Notes under the pieces: model-generated
Databases searched by the model: none
The model's input: only the letters and a program-made list of their open reading frames with translations
What the model was told of the DNA's origin: nothing
Origin: an uncultured archaeon
GTDB lineage: Archaea; Thermoproteota; EX4484-205; JAAOZP01
Reading direction: 5' to 3'
DNA: 64,000 nt
NCBI GenBank assembly: GCA_938045545.1
Contig: CALIBN010000012.1
Coordinates: forward strand, 1-64,000
Made by a program: the position numbers and the translations under genes
In this document: positions 62,317 through 64,000 of the stretch, one piece after another
Numbering within the stretch: the stretch's first letter is position 1
Layout: each line of letters starts with the position of its first letter

Positions 62317-62993
62317 ATGAATCCAGAGCTCAGGAAAAGGTTCGTGGATTCCCTTGATTATCTTAGAAAGATGGATTTCTTCAAGGATTACTCCAATTTA
62401 ACATCCGAGGAGATTCTCGAGAAGATCTTTAACGGGTAAATCAATTATGCATATTGGTTGAATGAAAATGAAGGAAAGAGTATAGTAACGTTAGATTCGA
62501 AGCCATACGGATATTATTTAAAGGAATCAATAGAGAAAGATGAAGAGTACAGGATGAAGGAGGGCATTGCTAAAATAGACAATAAAATTTTCGTTTTTGA
62601 TACTAAGAGAGTCATAGTTGAGAAAGTGAGACGATGGTGTATAACGGACTTGGTCAATCCGTCTTAAAAAGATTGGCAAGGATTTCAATAGGGTTTTACA
62701 ACCGCAAACATTAGAGAGGAATGTATAAAGAGTAGAAGAAAAGGAAGAATGCGGAACATATTTAAGGTTTACTTCACTTTTAGAGGGAAAGAGCATTGTA
62801 CGAGATACTTTTAGACGGTGATTACTTTGATAGCCTTGGCATAAGTGAGATAAATAAGCTGATTGAAGATACAGGATACCAATATTATCATATATTTGGT
62901 GAAGACATAGTCATTGTTATGTTGACGGAAAATGAAGTAAATAAATTAGAACGCGAAAGAGGATGGAGGCTGATATTGCCTCAAGGCTCATAG
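62317..62993 (+). pseudogene. disrupted hypothetical gene
   Basis: ATG 62317 is in frame with ORF 62458 across a TAA; coding-like sequence continues via frameshifts to 62993. Confidence 0.5.
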
Positions 62994-63125
62994 TTAGGAT
63001 TCTCAATTATTTTCTTTGGATCTATCACGGGCTCAACTCCACTTGAAAAATTAGATGCAAGAATCTCGTCTAAATCTTTAAGCAGCATGACAATAGGAAT
63101 GCCGTATAGAAGTATTGGGTAAAGA

Positions 63126-63323
63126 ATGGTCGAGTCTTTCCTCGAAAGGATTGAGGTCGATGTGGAGAAGCTGGGTGGAAAACCGGTTATTAAGGGTACC
63201 AGAATCCAGGTGGCCTTAATACTCGAGCTTGTAGCAAACGACATGAAGACTGAGGAAATAGTTAAAGAGTGCCCCGAGCTTCCCCCGAAGGACATTAAGG
63301 CCGCCTTTATGCAGCTAGTCTGA
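63126..63323 (+). CDS. DUF433 antitoxin
   Basis: LGGKPVIKGTRI.V..ILE...EEI. Confidence 0.85.
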   Translation: MVESFLERIEVDVEKLGGKPVIKGTRIQVALILELVANDMKTEEIVKECPELPPKDIKAAFMQLV

Positions 63324-63341
63324 CGGAGAAAGAGATACTGC

Positions 63342-63557
63342 TTGCACTCGAATAACCCTGCTTTCCTTATTGGCGAAAACCTTCCAGTATCGCTTAGAGA
63401 CGCTATTAGGCTTGCGGGATTTACCGCCTACAGGCCTGGCGACATGGGGCTTAAAGGAGCAAAGGATAGCGTCGTGGCCAAGTATGCATTAAATGAAAAG
63501 CTTATCCTAATTACGCTTGATAAGGCGCACGGCGGTAGCGGCGACGCCACCTCCTGA
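63342..63557 (+). pseudogene. DUF5615 PIN-like toxin, truncated
   Basis: FLIGENLP (conserved D is G), GAKD, ILITLDK, then homology stops at GCGCAC 63525. Confidence 0.7.
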
Positions 63558-63684
63558 AGGAACTTTATCAACTCTGACTTGAGCGGAAAGGCATCGTAGA
63601 AATCGCCGGCGCGCGCTTTATAGTTTGTCGGAGAAAGCTATTTATACGATGCTTATGATAAAGACTTAGAGGTGAGGGTGCATT

Positions 63685-64000
63685 TTAAGCTGGAACTTTG
63701 AAAGTAGTAGACCTAGAGTAAAGTATCCTAAGCTTCTACTGCTTATTTTAAGCTATGTAATAGCGTTTGCCTTGTTCGCGGAAAGATCTTATGCTCCTCT
63801 TCACGAGATGTTGATCAGCTTGGGATATTTCGGAACCTTTTTAGCAGGGTTTCTCTATGCTTACGCCTTCACGGCTGCGCCGGCAGCCTCAATACTGCTA
63901 ATACTTGCTGAAGAACACAGCATGTTTTTCGCTGGGCTCACTGCTGGTTTCGGCGCCTTGTTAGGCGACCTCATCATATTTTACTTTGTAAGAAATGTTT
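63685..64000 (+). CDS. membrane protein (DedA/VTT-like), runs off the window; start unclear
   Basis: KYPKLLLLILSY...GYFGTFLAGFLY..FTAAPA...GALLGDLIIF. Confidence 0.5.

Noticed and set aside
1-64000. CRISPR array or cas genes
   Set aside because: No regularly spaced repeats and no Cas motifs seen

Overview
This is an archaeal chromosome segment. TBP, class I LysRS, the LysW pathway, the thiolase-HMGCS-DUF35 cluster and intron-containing tRNAs point to a TACK lineage such as Bathyarchaeia or Brockarchaeia (inference). About 1-19.3 kb is an accessory hotspot around tbp. It holds decayed defence-like genes, four toxin-antitoxin (TA) modules plus a TA relic, orphan 5' fragments of a different tbp allele, and a three-gene secreted lectin/peptidase/membrane operon. 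About 19.3-62.2 kb is mostly core metabolism: CopB, LysW-type Lys/Arg genes, a sugar-acid trio, mevalonate entry genes, lysS, photolyase, an ADP-forming acyl-CoA synthetase locus and a Ca-ATPase. It is interrupted between lysX and lysY by a decayed island with a TGT-like gene coupled to a LAGLIDADG nuclease. A further accessory region follows tRNA-Gln. Two signals are unexplained. First, a TA-GCGCGC-TA-like palindrome sits at many cassette junctions and gene truncation points, and is absent from the intact parental copies. Second, there are sharp strand-specific G/T-skew patches, including a switch inside tbp. Together these suggest an undescribed cassette-capture or recombination process. All family assignments come from motif recognition by eye, with no database searches.
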